Assembly: GCF_963921235.1 (NCBI RefSeq)
Contig: NC_086109.1
Location: 21,578,001 to 21,642,000, forward strand
Direction: 5' to 3'
DNA from: Mobula hypostoma
Lineage: Eukaryota
Length of the DNA stretch: 64,000 nt
Positions 1 to 13,456 of the stretch are shown here, piece by piece. A program made the position numbers and the translations under genes. Positions within the stretch are counted from its first letter, which is position 1, and each line of letters begins with the position of its first letter. The notes beneath the pieces were generated by a model, which was not told where the DNA came from, made no database searches, and saw only the letters and a program-made list of their open reading frames with translations.

Positions 1-159
1 TCAAAGACAGCTACATGGAGATTACTGTCAGTGCTAATTAGTTGTTAACATTTAAGATTTGCATAGTGTTCCTTTGCCCACTCTTTAAACAGACACATTA
101 TTTCTGCACTAAATAAGATTTGATGCCTTCATCTAAGAAACAGATGGAGGAACAGCAAT

Positions 160-503
160 CATATATAAAGAATTATGAGTGGCATAGATAGAGAGGATAG
201 TTAGGGTCTCTTTCCCAGGCTGTAAATATCAAATACCAGAGCACAGAGCTTGAAGGTAAGAGGGGGAAAGGTTAAAGGAGGGTAAAGCAAGTTTTTTTTT
301 AGGTAGGTGTCTGGAATATGGTGCTACAGGAAGTGATGGAAGCAGATTTGATCATTTTTAAGTGACATTTGGACAGGCACATGAACAAACAGGGAATGGA
401 AGGATCTCGGCCGTGTGCAGACTGATCTGCCATTTATACTGGCACCGATATCGTGGGCTGAAAGGCCTGCTCCGGATATGTACTGTTCTGTGTTCTACAT
501 TCT
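160..503 (+). mobile_element. Degenerate CR1-type LINE 3' fragment
   Basis: Decayed YKIMxGIDR..LFP..TRGH coding end, followed by the gggctgaaaggcctg..tgttctgtgttcta 3' tail shared with other CR1 copies in the window. Confidence 0.7.
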
Positions 504-1556
504 ACATATTATCAAGCAGAAACATAATTACCTCCGGCTGGCAATTCTGCAGCAAACTGCAGTAATATCCCCTCCACAAGTCAGCTCGCCTCTTGACTCC
601 TGCTCCTAGGCATTGACGTGTGTTAAGTCGGAGATGCCCATGAGGCCCAATGGCTTCACTGCCAGTGGACGCTTCACTGAATCCAGAGTGGAGCACAGAG
701 TTAAGAGACAATATACAGTTTGCACCCTTCCCGCAAGCTTGAAATCAATCAGACATGGCATAAGTAGATTGACGCCAATGGGTCTCTGATCTTCATTAAA
801 ATGCTGAATGTGCGTAGGTGGTTCATTAATTTTTCTTTGTTCTATTTTTTTCCTTAATATTAAATTAATTTGTAGTAGTTTGAGACATTTTAAAGTACTT
901 TTATCATCAGAGGCACTCAAAAATAGTTCAAAGGCATTTATTATGATCTGTCACACTTCCAGCCAACTCCATTTTGCAGGCAATCGCAGCAGCCATAGCT
1001 CGAGGTCAGCTGGGACAGGAGAACTGCAAATGGCGCAGCTGTGGGAGAAACATATTGCCCATGGGGGCAAAAAAATCTGTACAGACAGTGTTACATACAG
1101 ATACATAGGATTTTCAGTATAAAAACAGGCCATTGAACACATTTGAAACTAAATGGCTAAGACTAGACTCTATCCTTCCATTTTCTTTAGCCTCTAGCCT
1201 CTGTCCAGCTTCCCCTTAAATATGCCTACCAATCACCTCAATCATTCATTGCACTATTAAATTCCACGGTGTGAACACTCTTTGGGGAAAGAGGTTTTGA
1301 TGTGCAGCTGCCTTGCATTGATGGAGTGCACTTCTGGCCCCTCAAGCTGAAAGTGTTATCTTTAAATTCACTATATCGTATTCCTTGATAATCTTGAAGA
1401 TCTCATTCACATCACCTCAAGGATCCCAGCTGTTTAGCCTTTCCTGAATGCTGTAATCTCTTTGTTCTGGTGTTGTTCCTGTTCATCTTTCTTTGCCACT
1501 TCCATAAGTAAAAACTATCGTAAGATTCTGAAATGAGCATTGAGCAAGGCTAAATA

Positions 1557-2215
1557 AGATTAGATTATGAGGACACTCAGTCCTCATTTATTGTCATTTA
1601 GAAATGCATGCATTAAAAAATGATACAACGTTCCTCCTGAATGATATCACAAGAAAACACAGGACAAACCAAGACTAAAACGGACAAAACCACATAATTA
1701 TAACATATAGTTACAACAGTGCAAAGCAATACCATAATTTGATAAAGAGCAGACCATGGGCACAGTAAAGAAAGTCTCAGAGTCCCGATAGACTCATCAT
1801 CTCACGCAGGCAGCAGAAGAGAAAAACTCTCCCATGAACCTCCAAGCCCCACCAACTTGCCGATGTAGCACCATTGGAAGCACCCGACCGCAGCAGACTC
1901 TGAGTCCGTCCGAAAACTTCGAGCCTCCGACAGAGCCTCTCCGAGCACCATCCTCTGCTGAGTGCTTCGACCCCCGCCCCGACCACCCAGCAACAAGCAA
2001 AGCCGAGGACTTGGGGCCCTCTCCTCCGGAGATTCTGGACCACACAGCAGCAGCAGCGAAGCAGGTATTTCAGAAGTTTCACCAGATGTTCCTCCGTGCT
2101 CTCACGTCCGTCTCCATCAAATCAGGATTGTGCACGGCACCCTTCTTGACAAATAACAGACATCACCACTGGAGTGGCTGCTGCGAGCTGCATCGCAACG
2201 CCATCTTCTCCTCCC
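1557..2215 (-). mobile_element. ~660-bp non-autonomous retroposon (YY1-like head, Rex1-like tail), copy 1
   Basis: Homologous to 15204-15826 in opposite orientation. Element strand starts GGGAGGAGAAGATGGCG and ends AATAAA, ATGAGGAC-loop-GTCCTCAT hairpin, (TAATC)n. No conserved ORF. Confidence 0.8.
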
Positions 2216-2224
2216 ACTTTTGAA

Positions 2225-3132
2225 TCAATGATGATGATGCAGAGATAGGCGGAGGGGCAGGTAGTGTTGAGGAAGCAAGAAGTCTGCAGAAGAATTTGGA
2301 CAGATAAGGAGAATGCAAAGAAGTGGTAGATGGTGTACAGTGTAGGGAAGTATATGTCATGTACATTGGTAAAAGGAATAAAGGGTTAGACTGCTTTCTA
2401 AATCGTGGACAAAATTGGAAGTTGGAGGTAGAAAAGGACAAAGGACCAAAGGACCTACAGGTTAACTTGCAGGTAGTAAGGAAGATAAATGCAATGTTAG
2501 CATTAATTTTGAGAGGGATAGAACATAAAAGCAGGGATGTAACGCTGAAACTTTATTAGGCATTGGACTGACCACATTTGCATTATCATGAGAAGTTTTG
2601 GGCCCGTATCTCTGAAAAAATGTGTTGACATTGGAGAGGGTCCAGAGGAGGCTTACCATAATGATCCTGAGAATGAAAGGGTTGACATATGAGGAGTGTT
2701 TGATGGCTCTTGGCCTATACTTACAGGAGTTTAGAAGAATGACAGTGATTCTCATTAAAACCTATCAAATATTGAAAGGCCTAGATAGAAAAGATGTGGA
2801 GAGGATGTTTCCAATAGTGGTAGAGTTTAGGACCAAGGAGTGCAGCCTCATTAAAGAAGGATGTTCCTTTATAGCACAGAGGTGGGGAGGAATTTCTTCA
2901 CCCAGAGGCTGGTGAATCTGTGGAACTCATTGCCACCGAAGAATGTGGAGTCCAAGTCACTGGGTATGTTTAAAGTAGAGGTTGATAGATTCCTGATTAG
3001 TAAATGCTTTAAAGGTGAAGGGAGAAGGCAAGAGAGTGGGGTTGAGAATGAAAATAATTCAGACATGATCGAATGGTGGAAGAGTCTCGATAAGCCGAAC
3101 CAACTAATTCTGCTCCTATGTCTTATAGTCTT
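2225..3132 (+). mobile_element. CR1-type LINE, RT C-terminus and 3' UTR, decayed
   Basis: Frame-broken peptides LERVQRRLT..GLTYEECL..LGLY and RNFFTQRLVNLWNSLP match the intact CR1 ORF at 13501. Confidence 0.9.
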
Positions 3133-3163
3133 GCTGCACCCAAGCAGGAAATTTAATTTACCC

Positions 3164-4045
3164 TGTGACAAGAATACACATAAATTAAGATGTTTGCTGG
3201 CCTGGGCTAGCATCAGTGGCATCAGCAGTTGGTCTGCCACCTGTCCTCAGGGGAAGGGGAGATAAGGAACAACGAAGCAGCATTTGGAGATGTTAATGAA
3301 GGAGCCATCAGTCTGGGTATTGTCTAGAACGGCTCCCCCTTTGAACCCTGAACTGTTTGAAGTGATGGACAGGCGATACCCCAGCAGGGGGATAAAAAGG
3401 GACAGGTTCGCTAAGGCAGGACACACACGACACCCGAGGTAACGAGACCCTGGAAGCGGTGCGCCTCTCACAAGTCGGTGGGAAGCTCTTGGACGGCTGA
3501 TCGGGGGATCAGCCTTAAACGCACAGGGTGGAAAGGTACAATCAGCGGGAACCCGGTGTGTGTCCACCCTCACTTGGGTGCCGGGTTCACTGCAGAGGAT
3601 CGACCGCATCTGGAGGAGGGGACACAGTCGGTGACCTCAGGTGACATCACAAAGGACCTGCCCGAAAGCTGCTTATGAGCAATATCGCCGGTCTGTGAGT
3701 GGAAGCCGTTCTGAATGATCAGTCGTTCTCGTTCTCTCTCTCCCTCCCCCCACGTTGTCCATCGCCATGGCAACGATTACTGCGAACTGAACTAAGTTGG
3801 ACTGAACTTTGTGTCACTTTGAAATTGGTCATTTACCCCTAGACAACGATAGAGCTTGATTGATGCTGTTATCTTAATTCTGTGCATATGTGTGTTCATC
3901 ATTGCTGAACTGTTGCATTTATTATCCTTTCGATTACTGTGTTGCTTGTTTCTTTAATAAAACTTTCTTAGTTCTAGTAATCCAGACTCCAACTGAGTGA
4001 TCCATTTTCTGCTGGTTTGGCAACCCAGTTACGGGGTACGTAACA
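3164..4045 (+). mobile_element. Solo LTR (~880 bp) with 4-bp TSD ACCC
   Basis: Termini TGTGAC...GTAACA; ACCC at 3160-3163 and 4046-4049; TATA-like GATAAAAAG near 3391; AATAAA near 3956; homolog at 39811-40704. Confidence 0.9.
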
Positions 4046-5170
4046 ACCCGAAACTTTAACAAGTGATTAAGCTGAAAGGAAAGCTTTGCAAATGTTACTG
4101 TATTTTGTCATATCCAGCAGGTAGAGTGGCAATCAGATAAGTAAACACTATACCAGACTATCAGGGTGATAGAGCAGAGCATAGTCTCACATCAGTCATG
4201 CTGCCAAGGGTGAAAGTGAAGACCGTGTCCAACTGAATGGAGCATTCAAAGAGTATTTCACCATCAGAGGCTTATCCTCTTCGCCAAGCAGATGATCCAC
4301 AGAGGGGAACAGTAGCCCGCCATCTGTTGGTGTATGTAATGCAGGCAGGAGAATGGATATGGCTCATGATTGCAAACAGAACGCTCAGCCTGACAACTGT
4401 AATACATGTATCTGGCGCTTGCAAGAAGAGGGAATGCCAAACTCATCACTGGAGTCGCTGCCAAATGTGACATGAAAATATGAATTTATGGTGCATAGCC
4501 AGCAGAGACAGGGGCCGTATCTAAGTGTAAATCCAAAAATGTTTACAGAAGAGGACAATAGGGAATTTGTGCAAGTAAATAACTTGATTGTTTCAACCAT
4601 TCTGGGCAGCGATTAAGCTTGAGTGATATCAATCTCTTTACATTTTCCCGCACCACGTGTCACTTGGGTGAATCTGTGGGTATCCAGCCAGGGCCGTCAA
4701 TACACAGCCAACATAACAGGCAGGCACAAAAAAGTAGACTTATCAACAAACACCCAATGACAACTTTGTCCTCTTTTTCTAAGTCTAGACTAGGTACAAT
4801 ATTTCACCAAACAATTTGCTGTCACCAAGTATTGAAATGAGATGGAGGGACCTGTGATCTTGTCAACAAAGTCCAAGGCCTGTGTGACAGCAAATCAATA
4901 GCTGAGATCTTGTTGACAAACTAATCTTGTTTTATTAGACAGATCAGCAAGGAATGAGGCACTGCCAAGAATTCTGTGCTAAAACTTTCCTTGTCAAAAA
5001 GCAGGGAGAAATTGAAATGTGTTTAATTGGCTTCAGTCAGAGTCTATTGGGAGACAGAAAAAGAAGCAAGCCTCTTCACCTGCCTTCTGTAGTCCTTAAC
5101 AATGTTTATTCAACAACACTCTTTCTATTTCAATATTTAATTCATTATTTTACCTCAAGCCTCAACAATA

Positions 5171-5434
5171 GGGCAGCATGGTAAATGTAGCTGTTAGTGT
5201 AATGCTATTACAGCACCAGGAACCCGTGTTCAATTCCCACTTCCCTTTGTAAGGAGTTTGCATATTCTCCTTACGACCACATGCATTTCTTCTGGGTGCT
5301 GCCAATTCCTCCAACATCCCAAAGACATATGGGTTAGTAGGTTAATTGGTTACATGGGTGTAATTGGGTGGCATGGTCTCATTGGGCCTAAAAGGCCTGA
5401 TGTACGCTGTATCTCTAAAATAAAAAAAAATAAA
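5171..5434 (+). mobile_element. tRNA-derived V-SINE (HE1-like) with CR1-type tail
   Basis: A/B-box-like head (GGCAGCATGG..GTTCAATTCCC), V-domain-like GTTTGCATATTCTCC..TTCCTCCAACATCCCAAAGAC, tail GGGCCTAAAAGGCCTG..CTGTATCTCTAAAATAAA. Confidence 0.85.
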
Positions 5435-5689
5435 CTTGTTGGTGGATGGGGTTATAAATGACCTACCTGACATCATTCCTGCTATAATTTTAAGAACATG
5501 ACCAAACATTCATCAGTGTAAAATTGTATTTCCTTGTCTATTTTATCATATCCATTCTAACATTTTAAACTCTAACATCAGATCTCCCCTCAGTCTCCTA
5601 CTCTTAAAATAAATTATCGTGAACAAATGTGATCATCACACTACAGGAAAGAATTTGCAGCAATAGAGAGAATGCAGGAACAGAAATAG

Positions 5690-6112
5690 ATGATCAGAGT
5701 CCTTTTCCCTCTGCACAGGAATCTAGAACTAGAGGCCGTAGGTTTAAGGTGAGTGGGGGAGAATTTTTAGAAATACTCAAGCTGTTTGCTTGCATACAGA
5801 AGGTGGTGAATATTTGGAATGAGCTGCTAGAGGTGATGGTAAAGTACCACAATATTTTACCATAAAAAAATACCACAATATTTTAAGGATTGGGTCTATC
5901 ATTGAAACATTGAAACATACAGTAACATGCGCCATTTTGAGTCAATGACCAACAAGGTCCGATGATGTGGTGTATTTGGACAGGCACTTATGTAGGAAAG
6001 AAGAGGGACATGGACCTGATGTGACTGAATGGAATTCACATGGATGTACATCATGGTCAGCATGGACAAAGTAAGATGCATGTATCTGTTTCTATGTTTG
6101 ATTCTTCTATGA
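5690..6112 (+). mobile_element. CR1 3' fragment interrupted by small insertions
   Basis: SRTRGRRFKVSG..QKVVNIWNEL peptide and a TTCTATG-type tail. Confidence 0.65.
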
Positions 6113-7349
6113 GTTTGAGGTGGAAGAGCATGATAAGAATAATCTTGTGTTCAAATTAATACAGTTTATTTAGGTACAACTTGTACTTCCAGTTTGAGCC
6201 CTCTTTTATTCTGTGAATCAATCCTGCAATTATTCTTTATAGAAGTGCAGAGCCGCTGGAAAAGAAGTAAAGAGTTTTTTTTCTTGTGAGGCTTGTTACT
6301 TAGAGTTGCAATACCTGACTAACAATTTTTAAAATATTCTGTGTTCTCTTCCCCCTTCTATCGCTGTAACCCTCCATGTTCCAATTCTGCATGTTTACGG
6401 TTTACTCCATCATTGGTAGCTATGTCCACTAAACCGTAAACTCTGAATTATATTCTCTAAATCCTTTCACCACTTCACCCTCTTTTTTGGATACTCCTTA
6501 AAACCAACTTCTTTGTTTGATTGTTTTCGTGTAGCTTGGAGCTGAATTTTATTCAACACTGGTCCTATGAGGAATCCAGTGAGGCATTTTATTAAGGTAA
6601 AGGTGCTAAATAAATGCAACTTGCTGTTGTAATAAAACTGGAAATGCTGATGTATTAACCAAAGCCATGAGTGAAACGCTGCAGTTACACCCACAGTCGC
6701 TGAATAATAAAGTATTGCACCACTACATTTAAACAAATATAGAAAAGGTTGAATTTAAATAAAAGGTGAGAACAGAGGGGTGTGAAATACTCACTGTACA
6801 GAGGAAATGATAAACTGCCTATAAATAGTGCTTGTCTTTAAATTCTGCCTCCTGGAGCTGTGAGAGAGAATGGACAATGACATCATCCTGAAATGCTGTA
6901 AGCCTCACAAATACATCTGAATATCTTAACTCTTTGTCTTTGTTTAGTATTTTTACCTTAAAATATATGCAGATATATTAGCATATAAGAAACTCAGGTT
7001 GATAGAAGATGGTACGCTACATAGGAGGGAAAGTTTAGAATGATCTTCGAGTAGGTTAAAAGGTCAGCACCACATTCGGGGCTGAAGGGCCTGTACTGTG
7101 CTCTAATGTTCTATGTTACATGTTTTAAAACATCCTGAAGAGCTTTCACACAGTGCAAAGCTAAACTACAAGAAAATTATCAGAGCAGTTTCCCGATCTA
7201 AGTACAAAGATTTAGTTAAGCAAAAAAATCAACTAACAAAGGTTTATAATGTTTGTGAAAATGGGGAGAAGTGCAAAGATTTAGGCAGGGAGCTTGCAGA
7301 GAATGGAATTTGTAGATATAGTCACAATTTCAATTTTTTCTTGCAATTT

Positions 7350-7565
7350 CTATTCTGGGATGTGGGCAGCACGGACATGGTCAATGTCTCATTGAGAAGG
7401 TGACGAGAAGCTATCATGGACCTTTCGGTGATGTTACTCACTCAGTCCTCTGGAGTAGGAAATTCCAGGATTTAGACTCAGCAACACTGAAGAACCGGAA
7501 ATATAATTCCAAGTCATGATAGTGTTTATCTTAGATCCAAACTTGCAGATTGTGATGTTCCTGGA
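7350..7565 (-). mobile_element. Old LINE (CR1/L2-like) 3' fragment
   Basis: Reverse-complement similarity to the 3' end at 26780-27060. Confidence 0.5.
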
Positions 7566-8305
7566 CCTGGTAACTGTGAAGATCAGGAAATGGGGAAGGA
7601 CAGAAGGTACAGAAAAGTTGCAGAAAGTTGACGATCATGAAAATGAAGACAGGAGAATGAAACTGAAATAAGGGCAAATTGAGTCCAGAAGGAGACTGGA
7701 GTGCATAAGATGGAGTGATGGTTAGATCACTTTAATGAATATAGTGAATTAAGGGAAACAAAGGGTATGTTTGAGAAAGTGTGTTTTGTTTTGTAACTTC
7801 AAAAAGTAATCAAAAGAGAAACATGGGAGCCTGGGATACGTGTACATTTAGTTTTACTTTTAGTGAGACACTCAATGTGACATGGTGGTACTGTATAATG
7901 ATATATGCCATTCACATAGTTTTACATAAAATTCATAATGAATTATGTAAACAACAAATAATGCTCAATCAAGCAATAGATTGACAATATTACACAAATA
8001 TAACTGAAATATTTGATACATTACACTCCTCCTTGTTTAGCTATAAACCTTAACTCAATGCGCAGTACTACTATACAGACATCCAAAGTACAGTAAATTT
8101 TAATTTGTACCATTCAGGCCTAAGGATTTAATTGCTGTGGAGGATTTATTACTGTTCTGGGGTAACATTTTTCCTGACTGGTGAGGAGGGTGGGGTGGTC
8201 ACTCTGCTTGGCAGGAGAGACTTGTGGCTGTGAAACAATCTCACGTTCTCGTGGTGGTTGTAGGAGTTAACTCTGGGACATTCTGTGGACTCTGGGTAAA
8301 TCTTT

Positions 8306-8761
8306 CTACCAAACAATTTGTAGCTGAGAGGTACAGTGCAGATATATGATGTGTCTTATTCCATTCATTTTCAGGAATGACTGAAACTGTTTGACAATAA
8401 ACTGTGGTCTATTGTCACTGATTAAGTTTTCTGGAGCACCAGTCCTTGAGAACAGGCTTCTCCACATATCAACGGTGGGTGAGGCTGTAGTGGAGGCTAT
8501 TGGCAACACTTCTGGCCACGTCGTTGCTGCATCCACTACTACCAAGAAATTTGTGCCCAGCAAAATCCACATAAATCCTCTGCCAGAGCAATGCAGACAT
8601 TTCCAAGGATGGAAAGGCACTGCTCTAGGCTTTTTTTTCACATGTGTTGGCATCCTGAACAGTGCATGACAAGCTGCTTGATCTGCTGATCCAACCCAGG
8701 CCACCAAACAAACCTTCAAGCCAATATTTTCATTTTGACCAAGGCTAGATGACCGACACAT
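8306..8761 (-). pseudogene. Gypsy integrase core fragment
   Basis: rve-like VVVDA..WPE..SDNxPQF..FQSFLKMNGIRHI. Confidence 0.85.
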
Positions 8762-9603
8762 GGCTCCTCCAACACTTTAGCTCTCAGCTTAGATTGTACA
8801 GCAACTCACAGTCCCCACATAAGGCAAAACCATCAAGGGCACGTGGGAGAACTGCAGTTTCTGCTGCATATTCCAGCTATTTTGCATTACCATGTAGACC
8901 TGAAACAGTATGGGGTCTTTTCTGGTTTCTCTTTGTATTATCTCTGCCATAATAAAGAGCCTTCTGATTTGCTTTAGGGAGAATACGTCAAGAAAACAGT
9001 CTTCTTTTGTAAATTTTTCAGGTATTTCCTTTTCCAAGGATTAACTGGACAATCCATCAGCATTTCCATGATTAGTTGTCCTCTTGAATTCAATCTTGTA
9101 ATTGTGTTCTCCAAGAAACGGAACCCATCTCTGCATTGGTGCTGCTGCTGTTAGTGAAAAACTCTTCTGTGGATTGAGAATGAAGACTAGTGATGATCAG
9201 TAATGAAGGTAAACTCTCTCCCATACAAGTACTGGTTGAAATATTTAATACCACAAACCATAATAAAGGCCCTTCTATGAACCTGTGGGTAATTTTTCTC
9301 TGCAGCATTAAAAAAATGTGATGCAAAGGCTAGTTCACTTCCATCACTCATGACATGTCACATTCCAAAAGGAGAGGCATCAAGGTGAGCTTCACTGGGC
9401 AACGTGAACCATAATGTGTGAGACAGTATTTGGCATTACCATTTCCTTTGTCTTGTGGAAAGCCTCCTCACACTGCTTTGTCCATTGCCATTTCTCTCCA
9501 ATTCTAAGAAGTGAGTTCAAAAGGTGAAGCACGGTAGCTGGGTTTGGCAAGAATCTCCTATAGTAATCAACAAATCCACAAGGACCGTAACTATGACAAC
9601 CTT

Positions 9604-9990
9604 TTAGCTTTGGGGCATCCACCACTGCTTGAATTTTCTCAGCACACTTGTATAAATGTTGAGAAACACCTTGGACTCTTCATCCATTTCGATCTGAAGG
9701 TAGGTCTCGGCTAAGTCTACTTTGCTGAAGTGTTTTCCTCCAGGAAGATTTGCAAAGAGATCCTCTATCCTGGGTAGAGGGTATTGATCTACTTTCAGTC
9801 TTGGGTTGATGGTGACCTTAAAATCACCACAGATCTTGACAGTCCCATTCTTTTTTGCTACCGGGACTACTTGTGTTGGCCAAGGGCTCCACTCAACCTT
9901 GGAAGGAATTCCTTCAGCCTCTATTCGATCTAGCTCACTGGCTATATTGTCATACATGGTATGAAGAAGTGGACATACTTTGTAAAACAT
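9604..9990 (-). pseudogene. Gypsy reverse transcriptase fragment
   Basis: Canonical Gypsy RT N-terminal motifs. The YxDD region appears deleted and frames are broken. Confidence 0.9.
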
Positions 9991-12900
9991 GGTGTGGCAT
10001 TTTCATTTAACACTATTTTACCCTTGATACGTATGAGTTTTCCAATGTGATCCTTGAACACTGCTGTGACATTATCCAGTACCTTTCATAATTCCCTTTG
10101 AGTTGACTGTATTGTAGGGGATGTGGCATGCAACTGTTGAATGGATCTCCAACCAAATTTTAGCTATCTCAGCCAAGCAGATCCACACAATGCTGGCCCT
10201 CCTGTTTTTACCACATATAAGATCAATGTGGCTTGTTGGTTGTTGTATTTCACTGTTATGAATGTCATTCCCACAGGAGTTATCTTTTCTCCAGTATAAG
10301 TTAGATATCAGCAGGCTTCAGTTCAGTGTCTTTGAAATGCTGTTCAAACTCCTTTTGTGGAATGACTGAAACATCCAAGCCAGTGTCCAATTTCATTTTA
10401 ATTAAGTTGCCATTCACTTCTGGTGTAAGCCATATTGCTTGTTTATTGTTAGTTTTCACATTCACATTGTAAATCTCAGGACTGCCATCATTATGAGATT
10501 GTTCATCAGCAGTATTCAGATTAGTGCTCTTTTTGAAACTGCAACTTCAAATTTTTATTCTTTTCTCTTCCTTCTGCAGACTATTTGCTTTTGTCTGCCT
10601 ACATACACTTCATATGTATCCTACTTACTGTATGTGAGCCCCGGCCACAACGGTACTACAATTTGTTCAGCCAGGCAGGATTCTGTTCAGACATTGTAAT
10701 TTTGTTTACACTCACTTTCATTCCTGACTGCAACTCAATTTCTTCTCTGTCTGCTGTTTCCATGGATGCAGCAATTTTAACTGTGCTTTTAAATGTGTGT
10801 TGTGCTTCAGTAAGGAGGTATATTGTAAGGTCTCACAAAATAAATGATCTCTCAGTGCATCATTAAGCCCATTACTGAACTGACAATCCTCAAACAATCT
10901 CTTCAATTTAGCCACGTAAGTGAAAATGGACCCTCCTCCCATCCTTTTGATTCCGATAATGGAACCTAAAGTGTACTGCAATGAACAATGGTGTCGGTTC
11001 TAAATATTCCTAAATTATTTTCATAATGCAGCAAAGCTTATTTCAGCTCGTTTGGTTGGACCAGTTGAACTTTTCAGCAAATTATATTCCTTTCCAACGA
11101 TTGCACTCACTTTTCACTGATTATTCCATTTGCTTCAAAATACTGATCAATTTGTTCAGTATACACATCCAGTTATCTGTTGTGCAATTGAAAGCATCTA
11201 TCTTGTTAGCCAACCATTTTGCTTTTTTTTCCCCACTGTTTATGAACCTGTGAATTTTGTCAGTTTTAAAACTCAACCATCTTTCTCCCCTTGCATCCCT
11301 CTCTCCTTGTAAAGAAAACAAAATGTGCTGGGCTTCAACAGAAATGTAGTCATCTTGGATTCATTTTAAACCTTCCCCATCACCACTGATATATTTTGTA
11401 ATTCCAAAACTGAATCAAAAGGAAAATATGGGACAGCATGATAAGACCATAAGATATAGGAACAGAATTAAGCCATTCAATCATGTCTGAATCTTTTTGT
11501 TCCTTCTTTAGTACCACACCCCAGCCTTCTTCCCATAACCTTTGATGCCGTGTCCAATCAAAAACCTCTCAAGTTCTGCCTTAAATACACCTAAAAACCT
11601 GGCCTCCATAGCTGCCTGAGGTAATAAATATCACAAGTTTACCACCCTGTGGCTAAAGAAAGTTCTCTGCATATCTGTTTTAAATGGACAACCCTCTTCC
11701 TGAGGGTTGCCCACTTATCCTAGACTCCCTCACCATAGGAAACATCCTTTCCACATCTACCATGTCTAGGCCTTTCAACATTCAAAAGGTTTCAATACAA
11801 TCTCCCCTCATCCTTCTAAATTCCAGCAAGTACAGGCCCAGAGCCATCAAAAGTTCCTTGTATGATAACCCCTTCATTTCTGGAATCAAACTTCTGAGCA
11901 GCCTCTGAACCATATCCAATGCCAGCACATCTTTTCTTAGATGAGGAGCTTTAGGGTGTTCTGCACAAGGACTTCCAAGTCCTTTTGTATCTCAGATTTT
12001 TGGATTTACTCCCCATTTAGAAAATAGTCTGCACATTTATTTCTACTATCAAAGTGCATGACCATGCAATTTCCAACACTGTATTTCATTTGCCACTTTA
12101 TTACTCATTCTTCTAATCTGTCTAAGTCCTACCGCAGCCTACCTGTTTCCTCAACACTACCTGCCCCTCCACCAATCTTCGTATCATCTCAAACTTGGCA
12201 ACAAAGCCATCTATTCCATTATCTAAATCATTGATAGACAGCATAAAAAGAAGCAGTCCCAACTCCAACCCCTGCAGAAAACCACTAGTCACTGGCAGCC
12301 AACTAGAAGAGGATCCATTTATTCCCATTCGTTGCCTCCTACCAATCAGCCATTGCTATAACCATGCTGGTAACTTTCCTGTAATACCATGGGCTCTTAA
12401 CTTGGTAAGCAGCCTCAAGTGTGACACCTTGTCAAAGGCTTTCTGAAAGTCCAAATATACAACATCCACTGCATTCTCCTTATCTATCCCAATTGTAATC
12501 TCCTCAAAGAATTCCAACAGGTTCATCAGACAAGATTTTCCCTTAAGAAAACCATTGTGACTTTGTCCTATCTTAACCCTATGTCACCAAGTAATCCATA
12601 ACCCCATCCTTAACAGTTGACTCCAACATCTTCCCAACCACTGAGGTCAGGCTAATTGGTTTATAATTTCCTTTCTGCTGCTTTCCTCCTTTCTTAAAGA
12701 GTGGAGTGACATTTGCAGTTTTTCAGTCCTCTGGCACCATACCAGAGTCCATTGATTTTTGAAGGATCATTACTAATGCCTCCACAATCTCTACTGCTAC
12801 CTCTTTCAGAACCCTAGGGTGCAGTTCATCTGGTCCAGGTGACTTATGTACCCTTAGGTCTTTCAGCTTTATGAGTACCTTCTCCCTTGTAATAATAACT

Positions 12901-13456
12901 GCACTCACTTCTCTTCCCACACTCCCTTCAATACCTGGCACATTGCTAGTGTCTTCCACAATGACTGATGCAAAATACTCATTTAATTCATCTGCCATCA
13001 CACTGTCCCCTGTTATTATTTTTGGCCTCATTTTCTAGTGGTCCTATACCACTCTCATCTCTCTTATTTTTTACATACTTGAAGAAGCTTTTACTGTCCA
13101 CTTTGACATTATTTGCTAGCTTGCTTTGACTTCCCTTGCCAGCCACAGTTGTACAATTTTGTCATTTGAGTATTTATTCATTTTTGGAATGCATTTATCT
13201 TTCACCTTCCCTACTTTTCTCAGAAATTCAAGGCATTGCTGCTGTGCTGTCATCCCTGCCAGCATTTCCTTCCAATTTACTTTGGCCAATTCCTCTCTCA
13301 TACCACTGTGACTTCCTTTACTCCACTGAAACACTGCTATGTCAGACTTTACTTTCTTCCTATCAAATTTCAAGTTGAACTCAATCATATTGTGACCACT
13401 GGCTCCTAAAGGTTCTTTCACCTTAAGCTCCCTAATCACCTCTGGTTCATTACATA

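Larger units (their letters stand above)
7782..11440 (-). mobile_element. Degenerate Ty3/Gypsy LTR retrotransposon (gag-PR-RT-RH-IN)
   Basis: 3' LTR at 7782-8025 with PPT AAGGAGGAG (8026-8034). Integrase (LVVVDA..WPEV..LISDNRPQF), RT (VVPVAKKNGTVKICGDFKVTINPRL..YPLPRIEDLF..FSKVDL), protease LDTG near 10385. PBS-like TGGTGATGGGGA at 11374-11385. 5' LTR remnant from 11387 is cut by a CR1. Confidence 0.92.

Noticed and set aside
1777..2223. Several 60-130-aa ORFs with similarity to ORFs at 15189-15668
   Set aside because: The similarity reflects DNA-level repeat homology; the frames are broken by indels between the copies.
5171..5245. tRNA gene
   Set aside because: It is a SINE head with A/B-box remnants and no complete cloverleaf, followed by a V-domain.
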